Shown here piece after piece: positions 27,468 to 38,100 of a stretch of 64,000 bases of DNA (the stretch's first letter is position 1; every line of letters starts with the position of its first letter). The stretch is taken from the NCBI GenBank assembly GCA_963664225.1, contig OY760937.1:2048001-2112000 (forward strand), in the 5' to 3' direction. Both the position numbers and the translations under genes were made by a program. Source of the DNA: Verrucomicrobiia bacterium (lineage in GTDB: Bacteria; Verrucomicrobiota; Verrucomicrobiia; Limisphaerales; UBA1319). The notes under the pieces are model-generated. The model did no database searches, was not told the origin of the DNA, and saw nothing but the letters and a program-made list of their open reading frames with translations.

Positions 27468-28210
27468 CGCATGATCTTTACCTGGGGATTTTCCGACCAA
27501 TCGTTGTGCCCGCCTGTAATCGCGACGAAATGGGCGTTTGGAATCTGGCTCGCCAGGGCTTTTGCGTGGGCCATTGGAATGATCGAGTCGTCCAGCGCTC
27601 CAAAGATGTCCACCGGGCCAGAATAGTTCCTCAACGATTCCACGTTATCCCATGTGTCTTGAAGCAGGAGCCGGACGGGAAGAATGGGGAAATGTTCCGC
27701 AGCCACATTCGCCAGGGTATCGAAGGGCACCACGAGGACGATCTTGTCTGGAGGATTTTTCTCGCGGGCCAGGGCGCAGGCCGGGCCGCTGCCGATGGAC
27801 TCCGCCAGGACGCACACCGGAGTGTTCGTGTTCCGCGATCGCAAGAGTTGATAGGCTTCCGCCGCGGCCTGGTTTATCGAGTCCATGCTTGGACTGCCTT
27901 CGCGCGAGCCATACCCGGGATATTCCAGCACGTAGAGGGAGTCCTGCGCGGAGATGCGCGGCAGAACGTAATCCCGGTTCGCAGCCTGGCCGGCGTTCCC
28001 GTGCATCATCAGCCAGATCGTGCGCGGTTCCAACACCTCCCGGCAGTAACCGATCGTGCTTAAACCGTTGGTCCACGGAGTCAGCGTTGTGGCGGGTGCG
28101 GCATGCGACGGAAAATAGAGCATGGATCGTTGCCGAAAGAATACAATCGCGACAACGACCCCGTAGAGCAGCAATAGAACGACAAGAATTCTTAGCACAA
28201 GTCTAAGCAT
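27464..28210 (-). CDS. Alpha/beta hydrolase (membrane-anchored)
   Basis: QRSMLYFP, HGNAG, EYPGYG, AESIG nucleophile elbow, GGHND. Confidence 0.9.
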   Translation of the reverse strand: MLRLVLRILVVLLLLYGVVVAIVFFRQRSMLYFPSHAAPATTLTPWTNGLSTIGYCREVLEPRTIWLMMHGNAGQAANRDYVLPRISAQDSLYVLEYPGYGSREGSPSMDSINQAAAEAYQLLRSRNTNTPVCVLAESIGSGPACALAREKNPPDKIVLVVPFDTLANVAAEHFPILPVRLLLQDTWDNVESLRNYSGPVDIFGALDDSIIPMAHAKALASQIPNAHFVAITGGHNDWSENPQVKIMR

Positions 28211-28258
28211 ACGCCAAATGACCGCGGGCGTGACATGAGGTGGCTTGGGGCATGGCGA

Positions 28259-28558
28259 TCAAGCCCTATTGATTGGCTCGTAATCGAGTTCCAGGAAATC
28301 GACCACTTCGGGAATCCAACGTGTTTGAACAAATTTAACGTGGTCCGGGTGAGAGTTATAGGTTTGATAATCCTCCATGCTGGAGAACTCCATCGACAAG
28401 CCGAAATTGAAATGGTTCTTTTTACTGGTCTGCCGAAGACACTCGAAATTCCTGACGGTGGAAATGGCCGCGAGTGTCCGCGCAGCTTGCAGAAAATCGA
28501 GTTCCGCTGGCGATCCTGTAGGATGCTTGAGTTTGAAGGTGACAGTGTGGCGAATCAT
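28259..28558 (-). CDS. Dabb family stress-responsive A/B barrel protein
   Basis: MIRHTVTFKLK...YNSHPDHVKFV...LDY. Confidence 0.88.
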   Translation of the reverse strand: MIRHTVTFKLKHPTGSPAELDFLQAARTLAAISTVRNFECLRQTSKKNHFNFGLSMEFSSMEDYQTYNSHPDHVKFVQTRWIPEVVDFLELDYEPINRA

Positions 28559-28575
28559 AGTTGTGGCACAGTGTA

Positions 28576-28890
28576 TTATTCCGGATAGATTTTGAAGGCA
28601 TGGCTGGAAAAACCGGGGCAGGACGTTGCGGCCTCAGCCGGCTTTCCCCCGCAGTGGCTGCACACAACCGTGGCCGACGCTGGAGCGCTGCGAAAAGCAT
28701 GGGAGGAAAAACCCGGACAAGTCGTGCTTGTCCCTGCCAGAATTCCGCAGTGATCACAAAAGATAATGATATCGGCTGATTTCGCCGGAACTGCCACGGG
28801 CTTTGGGACCGGTGTCTCATGGTGCGTCGTGACCTGACATCCCGTTGCGCAGACACACAACAGGCCGAATAGGAGTGATTTAATATGCAT
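28576..28890 (-). CDS. Small lipoprotein with two Cys/His repeats
   Basis: Lipobox-like ATGC; CxHCG-x8/9-CPGFSSHAF occurs twice. Confidence 0.72.
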   Translation of the reverse strand: MHIKSLLFGLLCVCATGCQVTTHHETPVPKPVAVPAKSADIIIFCDHCGILAGTSTTCPGFSSHAFRSAPASATVVCSHCGGKPAEAATSCPGFSSHAFKIYPE

Positions 28891-29217
28891 AAAACTCAAT
28901 CATTCAAACTGGGTGCTTGGATTATTCCTTTTCATCTTTGAACATAGATTCCACAATACGGCGACTCCTGACAATGAGATAACCCTGCTGACCATCCATA
29001 TCAAGGGTGATACCGGATAAAGCCAGACATCGTGTTGCAGTGCAAATCCACTGGTCGCGTCCTGTTGAATATCCCGGTCGCAACGGCCGGAATCCCGCTC
29101 ACTACATCTGGCAGTCCCAAATATTGGTTAAACATTCGCCAAAGGTTTGGCGTCATGTTTCCACGGTGGATTTCGGAGGCTTGATGACCCCAGTGATTTC
29201 TTAGGCGTTGCTCAGAA

Positions 29218-29568
29218 TCACTTCTTCTTGTGAAGCATGATGCTGTTCCCGTCAGGGTCCGATACGCAGGCGAAACGACACACTGGCGTATCAAACGGTT
29301 CGGTAACGAATGGCACCCCTTTGGCCTTGAGCTTTGCCACCGTCGCATCCAAATCGTCCACTTCAAACGCGACCATGCCGCCGCGCGCGCCGGGAGTTTC
29401 TTTTTCAAGCATGGTCGAAATGGCGAATGTGCCGCTGGCGATGTCATATTCAATCCACGCATTTTCGTAGTTCATAGATTGAACCAAGCCGAGTGCCTCC
29501 TCGTAGAATTTTATCGAACGCGCGGCGTCGCGCACCGGGTAAACAAAAAAGGCGATATTTTTGATCAT
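29218..29568 (-). CDS. VOC/glyoxalase family protein
   Basis: IAFFVYPVRD, FYEEALGL, VAFEVDDLD, DPDGN. Confidence 0.9.
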   Translation of the reverse strand: MIKNIAFFVYPVRDAARSIKFYEEALGLVQSMNYENAWIEYDIASGTFAISTMLEKETPGARGGMVAFEVDDLDATVAKLKAKGVPFVTEPFDTPVCRFACVSDPDGNSIMLHKKK

Positions 29569-29644
29569 GGGTTTGATTGTTGGATTTTATGATTGGTCAC
29601 GTTCACCATACATCCTCAGTTCGGGCAATTCGTGATTGCACAAG

Positions 29645-29881
29645 CTAATAATAGCGAAAAAGGGCACCATTATCAATCCATAATTGGGCGAATTCGCTTT
29701 TGTCGTTGAAGAAACCAAGCTGGAGGGCGTCCGCGCGTTTCATGCGACCCCAGTGCGTTCCTTGCTCCTGCAATTGGGGAGTGCTCGAATGCAGCTCCTT
29801 GTTCGAGAAATACGTGGCCACGCGAATGCCGACAATATGTAGGTCGGCTGCACAATCAAGGCTTATGTCCCGTTGGAACGA
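29645..29881 (-). pseudogene. Possible 3' gene remnant
   Basis: 78 stop-free codons with no good start, ending ...FAQLWIDNGALFRYY*; co-oriented with neighbours. Confidence 0.3.
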
Positions 29882-29936
29882 TTATTCCAACAATTATAGC
29901 GGTAGCGTGCGCAACTCGCGTTATTCAAACAATATG

Positions 29937-30788
29937 TTAGGCGTTTGGTTGCATCCCCGGAGAATCATTAGTTGATGCCGAATATGGAACGGGTGGCGGA
30001 ATCACCGTTTGAGCACTGGTGACTATTGCTTCTTTGGGCATGGTCACGCGCAACGAAGTATTGGCAGCACGAGAAACCTTTTTCCGGGCTTCGTCGGCTT
30101 TGTCGCCCTCCATAACCTCACGCTTCAGAACTTCGTTAACCAGCACGGCGCGAATTTGGTCCAATTCAATGCGGACACCGGGCGTTAATCGGCGCAACTC
30201 TCGCCGGACAACCTCCAGAACTGGATCGGAGAGGACCATGGCGCCAAGAAAGAAGCGACTGAGCGCCTGTTTCTGCGTGTGGAAGTCGCCGAGTGCTGAG
30301 CGTTGCCACCCCTCTTTGCACCAGAGATATATCATCTCAAGGTCGCTATCAGATTTTGGGTTGAGTGAGGAAAAATCGATGTCCACGACAAGCTCCTGTT
30401 GTATGGGACGGGTGAAAAGCACATGATACACACACCACCGGATGCCGTTGGTCAGAAGCACCCAGTCAACACCTTGATTGGCGGCGTAATCAATGGCTTG
30501 CTTGATATGCGATTCCTTGAGGTCGATGCCAATAGCCTTGACTTCGATGAGAGTGGAAAGTTTTCCATCGAGTTTGATGGCAAGGTCGCAATAAGTGCCT
30601 CGGATGGCGTACTCAGACGTAAGTTCGGAATACTTATCGTAACCGAAGACATCTGCGAGCATATCCTTGATAATGGTTACGGTATCGGTTTCACCCACAT
30701 CTCGGGCCTTCGCGCCAGCGAGGATCGGCTGAAATAGTTTGATACCTGCGACGAGTCGCTCCGCTACTTTTTTAGGGACGTTGGCCAT
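29937..30788 (-). CDS. Stand-alone HsdR N-terminal-like PD-(D/E)xK nuclease domain protein
   Basis: ETDT...D-LAI...IEVK, QAIDYA (QxxxY), LLTNGIRW. No helicase domain and no adjacent methyltransferase. Confidence 0.82.
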   Translation of the reverse strand: MANVPKKVAERLVAGIKLFQPILAGAKARDVGETDTVTIIKDMLADVFGYDKYSELTSEYAIRGTYCDLAIKLDGKLSTLIEVKAIGIDLKESHIKQAIDYAANQGVDWVLLTNGIRWCVYHVLFTRPIQQELVVDIDFSSLNPKSDSDLEMIYLWCKEGWQRSALGDFHTQKQALSRFFLGAMVLSDPVLEVVRRELRRLTPGVRIELDQIRAVLVNEVLKREVMEGDKADEARKKVSRAANTSLRVTMPKEAIVTSAQTVIPPPVPYSASTNDSPGMQPNA

Positions 30789-31197
30789 GGTGACCTTTGG
30801 GGTTGGTTGTTAGATTGCTCTTTGAATTAATACACGACGTAGAGTCCAAACATAAATATTGTTCATAATTCAAACACCGGATACAAACCGGGCCTCCAGT
30901 GGAATATTCTTAAAGGGTAAATCCGCAATGTCTTATAGCGCAAGAAAATAAAAACAGGTCAAAAAGCCTTAAGGACAGCTCGATCCATTTTATGTTTGAG
31001 GGCAAGTGTTGAACAGAGAAAATGCCAAACGTGTTGTTAGGGCTAAAGAGCTAAAATGGCATTCACAATTTGACGTTAAGCCGCGTAATACAACACGTCG
31101 TTCGGTGAAGCATAATTTGCCCGGTTGCCCAGGTCAGAAAAGCCTCGTAATTGCCATCGGGAGGAGGAAGATGATCCGCCTCCAGCGTGCAATTCGT

Positions 31198-32412
31198 TTA
31201 CGCCTTCCCAGCAAACACCGCGCGGATGAACTCGTCACCCTGGAGCAGGCCGTAGCCGCCGGAGGCGCAGCTTTTCTCGTCGTAAACTTGCACCGCGTCG
31301 GGTTTCTTTCCCGGGGTGCGGATGGCAAAAGGCACGGCGTCGCGGACATGGATGCGCAGTTCCACGGGTGTGGGATGGTCAGGCAGGATGGCCACCACGG
31401 CCTCCTGTTTGCAATCTTCCAAGCCCTGAAGTATGCGGCCCACCAGGCGCGCGTCGAGGTCCTCAATGGTGCGGACTTTCAAGTTCAAATCCCCTTCGTG
31501 CCCGGCCTCGTCCGGGGCTTCGACATGGACGTAGCAGAAATCGACATGTTTGAGGGCCTCGAGACAGGCATCGGCCTTGCCTTCGTAATTGGTATTGTAG
31601 AGTCCGGTGGCCCCTTGAACTTTAACAATCTCCAACCCCGCATAAACCCCGATGCCGCGGATCAGGTCCACAGCGGAAATCACCGCGCCAGTCACACCAA
31701 ACCGGTCCTTGAAGGTCCACATGTCCGGGCGATGTCCGGGGGACCAGAGCCAGATGGAATTACCCGGATCTTTATGCGCCGCGCGACGGCGCTGGTTGAC
31801 CGGGTGGTTTTTGAGAATTTCCCAGGAACGGCGCGTCAGATCGTTGAGCAAGTCAGCGGTCGCTTTCGCCTCGGGAACTTGGGGACGGATGAGCAGGCCT
31901 TCGGCGTTTTCGCCGGGATGGTCGTGAGGCGGGGCGCATTCCAGGCGCGTATCCAGTCCTTTTGCCACGAGCAGATTGCGGTAGCTGACGCCGCTGTAAA
32001 AGTGAATCAGGTCCGAGCCCAGCTCGGCCTGGAGCGTGCGAAAGATTTCGGCGGATTCCTCGTTTGAGATGTGGCCGGCCGAGTGGTTTTTGATGCGGCC
32101 CTGGTCGTCGATGCAAATGAGGTTGCAGCGCATGCCCATCTCGTCGGGACCGATATCGACTCCCATGCTGGCGGCTTCAAGAACACCGCGGCCCTCGAAC
32201 ACTTTGCAGGGATCGTAGCCCATGACCGCGAGGTTGGCGGTTTCGCTGCCCGTGGGCATGCCATCGGCAATGGTTTTGAGCAAGCCGCAGACCCCTTCCC
32301 GGGCGATCCGGTCGATATTCGGTTTGCGGGCGGCCTGCAAGGGAGTTTTACCGCCGAGTCGCGCCACGGGATAATCCGACATGCCATCGCCAAGTATGAC
32401 CACGTATTTCAT
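31198..32412 (-). CDS. Cofactor-independent phosphoglycerate mutase (ApgM-type), possibly an alternative homoserine kinase
   Basis: GDGMSD, PTGSETANL, HVEAPDEAGH, PDHPTP; directly downstream of thrC. Confidence 0.88.
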   Translation of the reverse strand: MKYVVILGDGMSDYPVARLGGKTPLQAARKPNIDRIAREGVCGLLKTIADGMPTGSETANLAVMGYDPCKVFEGRGVLEAASMGVDIGPDEMGMRCNLICIDDQGRIKNHSAGHISNEESAEIFRTLQAELGSDLIHFYSGVSYRNLLVAKGLDTRLECAPPHDHPGENAEGLLIRPQVPEAKATADLLNDLTRRSWEILKNHPVNQRRRAAHKDPGNSIWLWSPGHRPDMWTFKDRFGVTGAVISAVDLIRGIGVYAGLEIVKVQGATGLYNTNYEGKADACLEALKHVDFCYVHVEAPDEAGHEGDLNLKVRTIEDLDARLVGRILQGLEDCKQEAVVAILPDHPTPVELRIHVRDAVPFAIRTPGKKPDAVQVYDEKSCASGGYGLLQGDEFIRAVFAGKA

Positions 32413-32505
32413 AATTTATTGCTGCCCGAGCCGTTGGGCAGGAGCCATTTAATGGTTGCCAATATTCCCCATCAGGGCCGGGAAAGCAACCGGCGAGTGA
32501 ATGTC

Positions 32506-33861
32506 TCAGGTGTAATGCTGCCGCAGATAGCTCTGGAAGGGGGCATATTCGGCGGGCATGGAGTCGAAACTCTCTTTCAGCCCCTCAAGCCGGGACAGGG
32601 AATCCGGCACGGCGGGCGTGAACCCGAGAATGCGCTCGATCTCGTCCGGGAACTTGGCCGGATGCGCCGTTTCGAGAACGACTGCCGGAGTGTCCTTGAG
32701 CGGCTCCCGGGCCTCGAAGTCGAGAAAACCGCGCCAGCCGACCGCGCCATGGGGCTCGAGCAGGAGATGATGACGATCCCAGGCCTGACGAATCGTTTCA
32801 CGAGTCTGTTCGTCGGAAACGGAGGTGGAAAAAAGGTCGCGGCGCATCGCGGGCCAGTTCGGCGGGCGATGCACGATGCCGGCGTGATCCATGTGACCAC
32901 CGTAAACCGCCACCAACCGCGCCAGGTTGCTGGGATGGCCCACGTTCATGGCGTTGGAGAGGCAGTTGCGGGACGGTTCGATCTGGTGGTAATCGCCAGT
33001 GGCCAGGAAACGCGGAAATTCGTCGTTGCCATTGACGGGCACCACGAGGCGTTTGATGGGCAGGCCCATTTGACGGGCGAACACCGCGCCCATCATGTCT
33101 CCGAAATTGCCGGACGGCACTGCGAACACAATCGGTTCGCCCGGGCGCGCGAGACGGGAGGCGGCGTAAAAGTAATAAACACTCTGGGGCAGCAACCGGC
33201 CGATGTTGATCGAATTCGCGGAGGAAAGAGGCAACGCTGCAAGCGCGGGATCGGCGAAGGCCTTTTTGACCATGGCCTGGCAGTCGTCGAATTTCCCGTC
33301 CACGGCAATGGAACGGATGTTGTCCTGGAGCGTGGTCATCTGCTTGCGCTGCCGCGCACTGACCTCATCTTTTGGAAACAGGACCAGGACGCGGATGCCC
33401 TTCACATTGTGAAATGCGCTCGCCACGGCTGAACCAGTATCGCCACTGGTGGCGGTGAGAATGACCAGTTCCCGGCCGGATTCGCGCAGGAAATGGCCGA
33501 TCAACCGCGCCATCATGCGCGCCGCAAAATCCTTGAACGAGGCCGTGGGTCCATGGTCCAGGCGCATCACGGAAACGCGGTCGCGAACGTGCTCAAGAGG
33601 GACCTCAAAATTATAGGCGTCCCGGCACAAGGCGCCCAGCACGGCGGGATCGATAATCCCATCGGCATAACGGGTCAGAACGGTCAGCGCGATTTCCGCA
33701 TACGGAGCTTTCGCAAACGCGGCCAGTTCGTCCGGCGTGAACGTGGGGAACTGCCTTGGCAGGTAAAGGCCCTTGTCTGGCGCCTGCCCTTTGAGCAGCG
33801 CATCGCGCATATTCACCGCCGGGGATTGCCCGTTGGTGCTTTCAAATAATACCGGTTCCAT
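32506..33861 (-). CDS. thrC: Threonine synthase
   Basis: HGPTASFKDF, ATSGDTG, SANSINIGR, VPSGNFG, ETAHPAKF. Confidence 0.96.
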   Translation of the reverse strand: MEPVLFESTNGQSPAVNMRDALLKGQAPDKGLYLPRQFPTFTPDELAAFAKAPYAEIALTVLTRYADGIIDPAVLGALCRDAYNFEVPLEHVRDRVSVMRLDHGPTASFKDFAARMMARLIGHFLRESGRELVILTATSGDTGSAVASAFHNVKGIRVLVLFPKDEVSARQRKQMTTLQDNIRSIAVDGKFDDCQAMVKKAFADPALAALPLSSANSINIGRLLPQSVYYFYAASRLARPGEPIVFAVPSGNFGDMMGAVFARQMGLPIKRLVVPVNGNDEFPRFLATGDYHQIEPSRNCLSNAMNVGHPSNLARLVAVYGGHMDHAGIVHRPPNWPAMRRDLFSTSVSDEQTRETIRQAWDRHHLLLEPHGAVGWRGFLDFEAREPLKDTPAVVLETAHPAKFPDEIERILGFTPAVPDSLSRLEGLKESFDSMPAEYAPFQSYLRQHYT

Positions 33862-34079
33862 GAGTCGTCAAGCTGCGGACTGATTCCACATCTCTTTAGT
33901 GAAACGTCCGTCCACAGTGCCCGGTCATCCTAAAGAGGCCGACGGCGCGCGCAAGCAAATCGTCGGGGAGGCGGAATGCCGAATATCGGTGAATGGAATC
34001 CTCGGATTGCAGTCGCTATTCAGTCTCTGGGTGCAATGAAAATCGATTTCCAGAAAATATTCTCGACGAGGAATCGGCC

Positions 34080-34100
34080 TGTGGTGTATATTTAACCACA
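34080..34100. promoter_or_regulatory. Putative operator palindrome upstream of the XRE gene
   Basis: TGTGGT-N9-ACCACA, 40 nt before ATG 34140. Confidence 0.45.
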
Positions 34101-34139
34101 CAACAAAACGATAAACGAGCCAAAAGAAAACGAGACACT

Positions 34140-34514
34140 ATGAATTTCGGCGAACTTATCAAAGAGCTGCGGATTGCGAAGCAGCTTACGCTTCGCCAAT
34201 GCTGCGCAGATTTGGGCGTTGACCCGAGCAACTGGAGCAAAATGGAGCGGGGCGTGACACCGCCAACGAAAGATACCAACCTTTTGGAGCGTTGGGCTGC
34301 GTTCTTCAGAGTCACTGGCGAGAAGAAACAGGAGTTTCTCGATCTGGCCTCACTGGCCCGGCAGGAAATTCCGGCGGACATGGCCAGTGACGAGAAGGTC
34401 ATTGCGGCGTTGCCGGCTTTTTTCCGCGCAGTGCGGGGGCAGGAACTGGAAGGCGAAAGACTCAAGCGTTTCATTGAGGACCTTCGTGCGGTACACAGTC
34501 CTGATAAGCATTGA
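34140..34514 (+). CDS. XRE-family HTH transcriptional regulator
   Basis: FGELIKELR...LTLRQ...VDPSNWSKMERG; start set at ATG 34140. Confidence 0.88.
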   Translation: MNFGELIKELRIAKQLTLRQCCADLGVDPSNWSKMERGVTPPTKDTNLLERWAAFFRVTGEKKQEFLDLASLARQEIPADMASDEKVIAALPAFFRAVRGQELEGERLKRFIEDLRAVHSPDKH

Positions 34515-34518
34515 TTTC

Positions 34519-35127
34519 ATGAATGGCAAGAGGGACGTTTGGTCAGCCGTCGAGGAATTTCGAGCGCAGTATTCCATGGAACTGGGCACACTGCCGGTGG
34601 ACGTGCTCACCGTAATCGAATTGCGGCTCAAATTGGACGTCATTCCCTTTCCAGACCTTTTTCAAAAATATTCCGTGGATGCCGCGGTACTTCCCGACTT
34701 TTCAGGCATTTACGTGGACGAGAGATCCTACAGATTTCTGGAGGGCAAACCCATCTGGCTTTTCAACCGGTTGAGGTTCTCGCTGGCGCACGAACTGGGT
34801 CATATCATGCTGCACCGCGATCTGGTGAAGGACTTGAAGTTTACCAGCCTGCAAGTTTTCAGGGATTGGACGCAACGATGCCAGCAGAGTCGCTTCAGCC
34901 TGGAGTGGGAGGCCAATGAATTCGGTGGACGGTTGCTGGTGCCGATCGACCGGCTAAAGAAGGATTTTGATACCTTTGTGACCCGGATTCAGGACCAGTT
35001 TCCAGCATGGTGGACTAATTCGGACCTTCGCAGAGCCCTTGCTGACCAACTTGGAGAAGACTACGGAGTCCACAAGGATGTGGTCTCATGCCGACTGGAC
35101 CGGGAAGAACTGTGGCCATCGCCATAA
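34519..35127 (+). CDS. ImmA/IrrE family (M78) metallopeptidase
   Basis: RLRFSLAHELGH (HExxH), EWEANEFGGRLLVP. Confidence 0.9.
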   Translation: MNGKRDVWSAVEEFRAQYSMELGTLPVDVLTVIELRLKLDVIPFPDLFQKYSVDAAVLPDFSGIYVDERSYRFLEGKPIWLFNRLRFSLAHELGHIMLHRDLVKDLKFTSLQVFRDWTQRCQQSRFSLEWEANEFGGRLLVPIDRLKKDFDTFVTRIQDQFPAWWTNSDLRRALADQLGEDYGVHKDVVSCRLDREELWPSP

Positions 35128-35194
35128 TCTTTTGATTTCGGTTTTTGCCAGCGCGCTGGCGTGTTCGAAATACTGAGTTACCGACACACCCTTT

Positions 35195-38100
35195 TTACAT
35201 GGCTTCGTCGTTGGAGCGCAGGGCTTCGAGGACGTTTTGACGCAGGGCAAAGTGCGTTGCAACACCCGTCCAAAGCAGGCCGTTGGCGAACACAGCGGCC
35301 AGTGTCCATGCGAGCGAGTGCCAGGGCATTTCAGAACCGGATGTGAGCAGGGCGGGCAGCACGGCGGCGAGCGCGGCAACCACGCCCAGGAGCAATCCCG
35401 CAGTGAGCAGCACGACATGCTCAGTCAGAAGCATTCGGCGAATGGTTGCAGGCGAATATCCCACGGCGACCAGCAGGGCCAGCTCGCCCCGTCTTTCGAA
35501 GACATTGCGCAGCAGCACCACGCCCATCCCCACGCTGCCCAGGAGCAGTCCCAGGCCGCCGAGGACCTGGAAGGTGGAGAGATAGGTGTTTTGAACCGCA
35601 TTCAGCGCCTCCAGACGGTTTACGGTGGAGACGAGTTCCATTCCATAATCACGCAGGCCGCGCGTCAATTCGGTGGCAACCGACTTGGGATTTTGCGGCG
35701 CGTCGATCAGGAACGCCCGGTAGCCGCTGTCGTCCGGGAAATTACGGATGAAGGCTTCCTCGGATATCAGCACGCTGCCCTGGAGAATCGAGCCGGATAG
35801 GGCGGCGACAAATCGCAGGCGCAGTGTCTGGCCGCGCGGGCCGGGAATTTCCAGTGTGTCTCCAACGCTTTTGCCCATGGCCCAGAGAATCGACGCCTGA
35901 TCGGCAATCGCGGGCACCGCGCCGTCGGCCAGAGGTTCGCGCAGGAGCAGCCAGGGGTCGGGCGCGGACAGGCCTTTCGCCACTTCCGCAAAAACAAAAC
36001 GATTCGTGAGGGCGTCGGCTCGAACACCCAGCAAACGTGGCGCTTGGGCGCGATTCAGATTCAGGCAACTGGCGTCATCACCGTCCCGGACGCGCATGGG
36101 AATGGTGTGAACCCCTTCCAGGGCGGCGGCATCCAGCGCGAGAAAGGCGCGACCTTCGGGACGGTCGAGGTTCTGAAAAATGGGCAGTGCGGATTCGGCC
36201 ATGAACGCAAAACCACCCGTGCCGGACCGGGGGAGATTCGACTGTTGCCGGGCATCCAGACGATTTGCAGCCACGGCGATAATGAGGAAGCTGCCGCAAG
36301 CCAGGAGCATCACCGCGCCCAGGCTGCGCTTGGGACGTCGTGCCAGGCTGCGCAGGGCCAGTCCCGTCAACGTCAGACTCGCGGTGTTGCGTTGCTGAGC
36401 GCCGCGCCAGAGCCATCGCGCGCAGGCGCTGAATCCAGCCAGTAACAACAGCGCACCTGCGGTGAAAAAAGCGCCCGGCGCGGGAGAGTGCTGGCTTAAT
36501 CCGTAGAACATGGCTCCCAGGCCACCCGCCGCGGCGATGCCGAGCAGAGGCAATGAAGCCATGATTCGAGGCCGATGGGATAAAGTAATTTCAAGGGTGC
36601 CACCGGCAGCCATCAATTCTTGCGCCGGACGACGGACCTGCTTTCGCAAGGAAAGCATCATGACCACAACAGCCGTAAGAACACTGACGACAAAGCCGAT
36701 CATTAACGTGGCCAGACTGGCGTGATAAGCCAGGGATTGCGAGTTCACGGCGTCCTGCCACAGTGTGGCCAGTCCGTGCAAGAGGGCGCGGGCGTAGAGG
36801 GAACCACACATCACGCCGATCAGGCCGCCCGCCAGCGCCACGCAAATGCCTTCACAGAGCAGTAACGCACGGACCAGGCTCGGAGTAAAACCCAACGCCA
36901 GCAGTGTTCCCAGTTCCGCGCCGCGCTGTTCCATTCCGAATTGGAACAACATGGCCATGAGCAACAGGGCGGCAAAGATCAGGAAGAAACTGAATCCCAA
37001 AAACAACTGGCCGAAATCCTGGCCTTGCGCGCTCGCCTGCAGAGCCTGGGCACGGACCGGTTGGAAGGCCAGACCCACCGCGGCCGGATCGAGACGATCC
37101 CGCAAACGCGATTCCACCGAGGCCACATTGGCGGGAGGCGCGGAATAACGAATGGCGGTCAGACTTCCAAACCGGTTGGTCCAGAGAGTTTGACCCGCCG
37201 CCAGGCTGATGAAGGCCTTGGGCGTACCCCGGTGATCCTCCCAATATTTCTGGTCCTTGGGCCGGATGCGATTCAGGTCGATGGGAAATCCAGCATCCCA
37301 ATCCCGGCAGTTGTCCGCCTGGGCCAGTCCGGGAAAATCTGGCATCAGCGTGCGATCGGCGGCGGGGCCTTCGAGGGGTGTGATGGCGCGAACGCGAAAC
37401 AAAGCCTGATTTTCCACCAGGGTTCTCGAAGCGCCAACGACAAAATACGTCATGCCCACCTTATCCCCGACATGCGCGGCCAGATCCTCCGCCAGCCAGG
37501 AGTTGAGAATGATTTCGTCCTGCTGCAAGTCCGATGGGAGAAACGGGGCGTCATAGGCACACACCATCGAGTAGGGAGTGCGGTTAGTGCCGCACTGCAA
37601 ATCATTGACGAAATAGGTGAGCACCCCTTTCGCGCCCGATTTGTCGGCATCGGCCAGGCCGGCGCGCGCCACGGCCTCATCCAGAAAGACCCGTGGGGAA
37701 CGCAGCTCGACCTGACCGTTTGTGGGAATGGCCCGCACCTCGAGTTGCGCATCGGCGAGCGTCCAACGCTTGCCCAACTCGGCATTGACCGCGGCGACAT
37801 CGTTGGAAAGGCGCGATGGTTCGCGGGTCAACAGGAGGTTGGCGCGATTCGTCAAAGCGAGCCGTGTTTGCAGGCGTTGCAAGGGAATGAACGCGTTCAA
37901 GGGCGCGACCTGGCTGGCCTGGAGACTGAAATTGCCAAGCTGGCTGGGATTGAGAATGCCGCGCACCGTCATGCGCAGGGCCATTGCGGCATCCTCCTGC
38001 GGGGAGATCGGCGCGTCGCGGGGCAGCAGGCTGGGCTTGGGAACGCGGACCAAAACGGTATCGCCCACGTGAATATTTAATTGTGCGGCCAACCGGTCGT

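Noticed and set aside
29168..29177. GGATTTCGGA as another intron target
   Set aside because: Only a 9-nt partial match, lacking the GGT|T junction.
26400..31110. Complete integron
   Set aside because: No tyrosine recombinase, attI or intact attC was found; kept only as a tentative decayed array.
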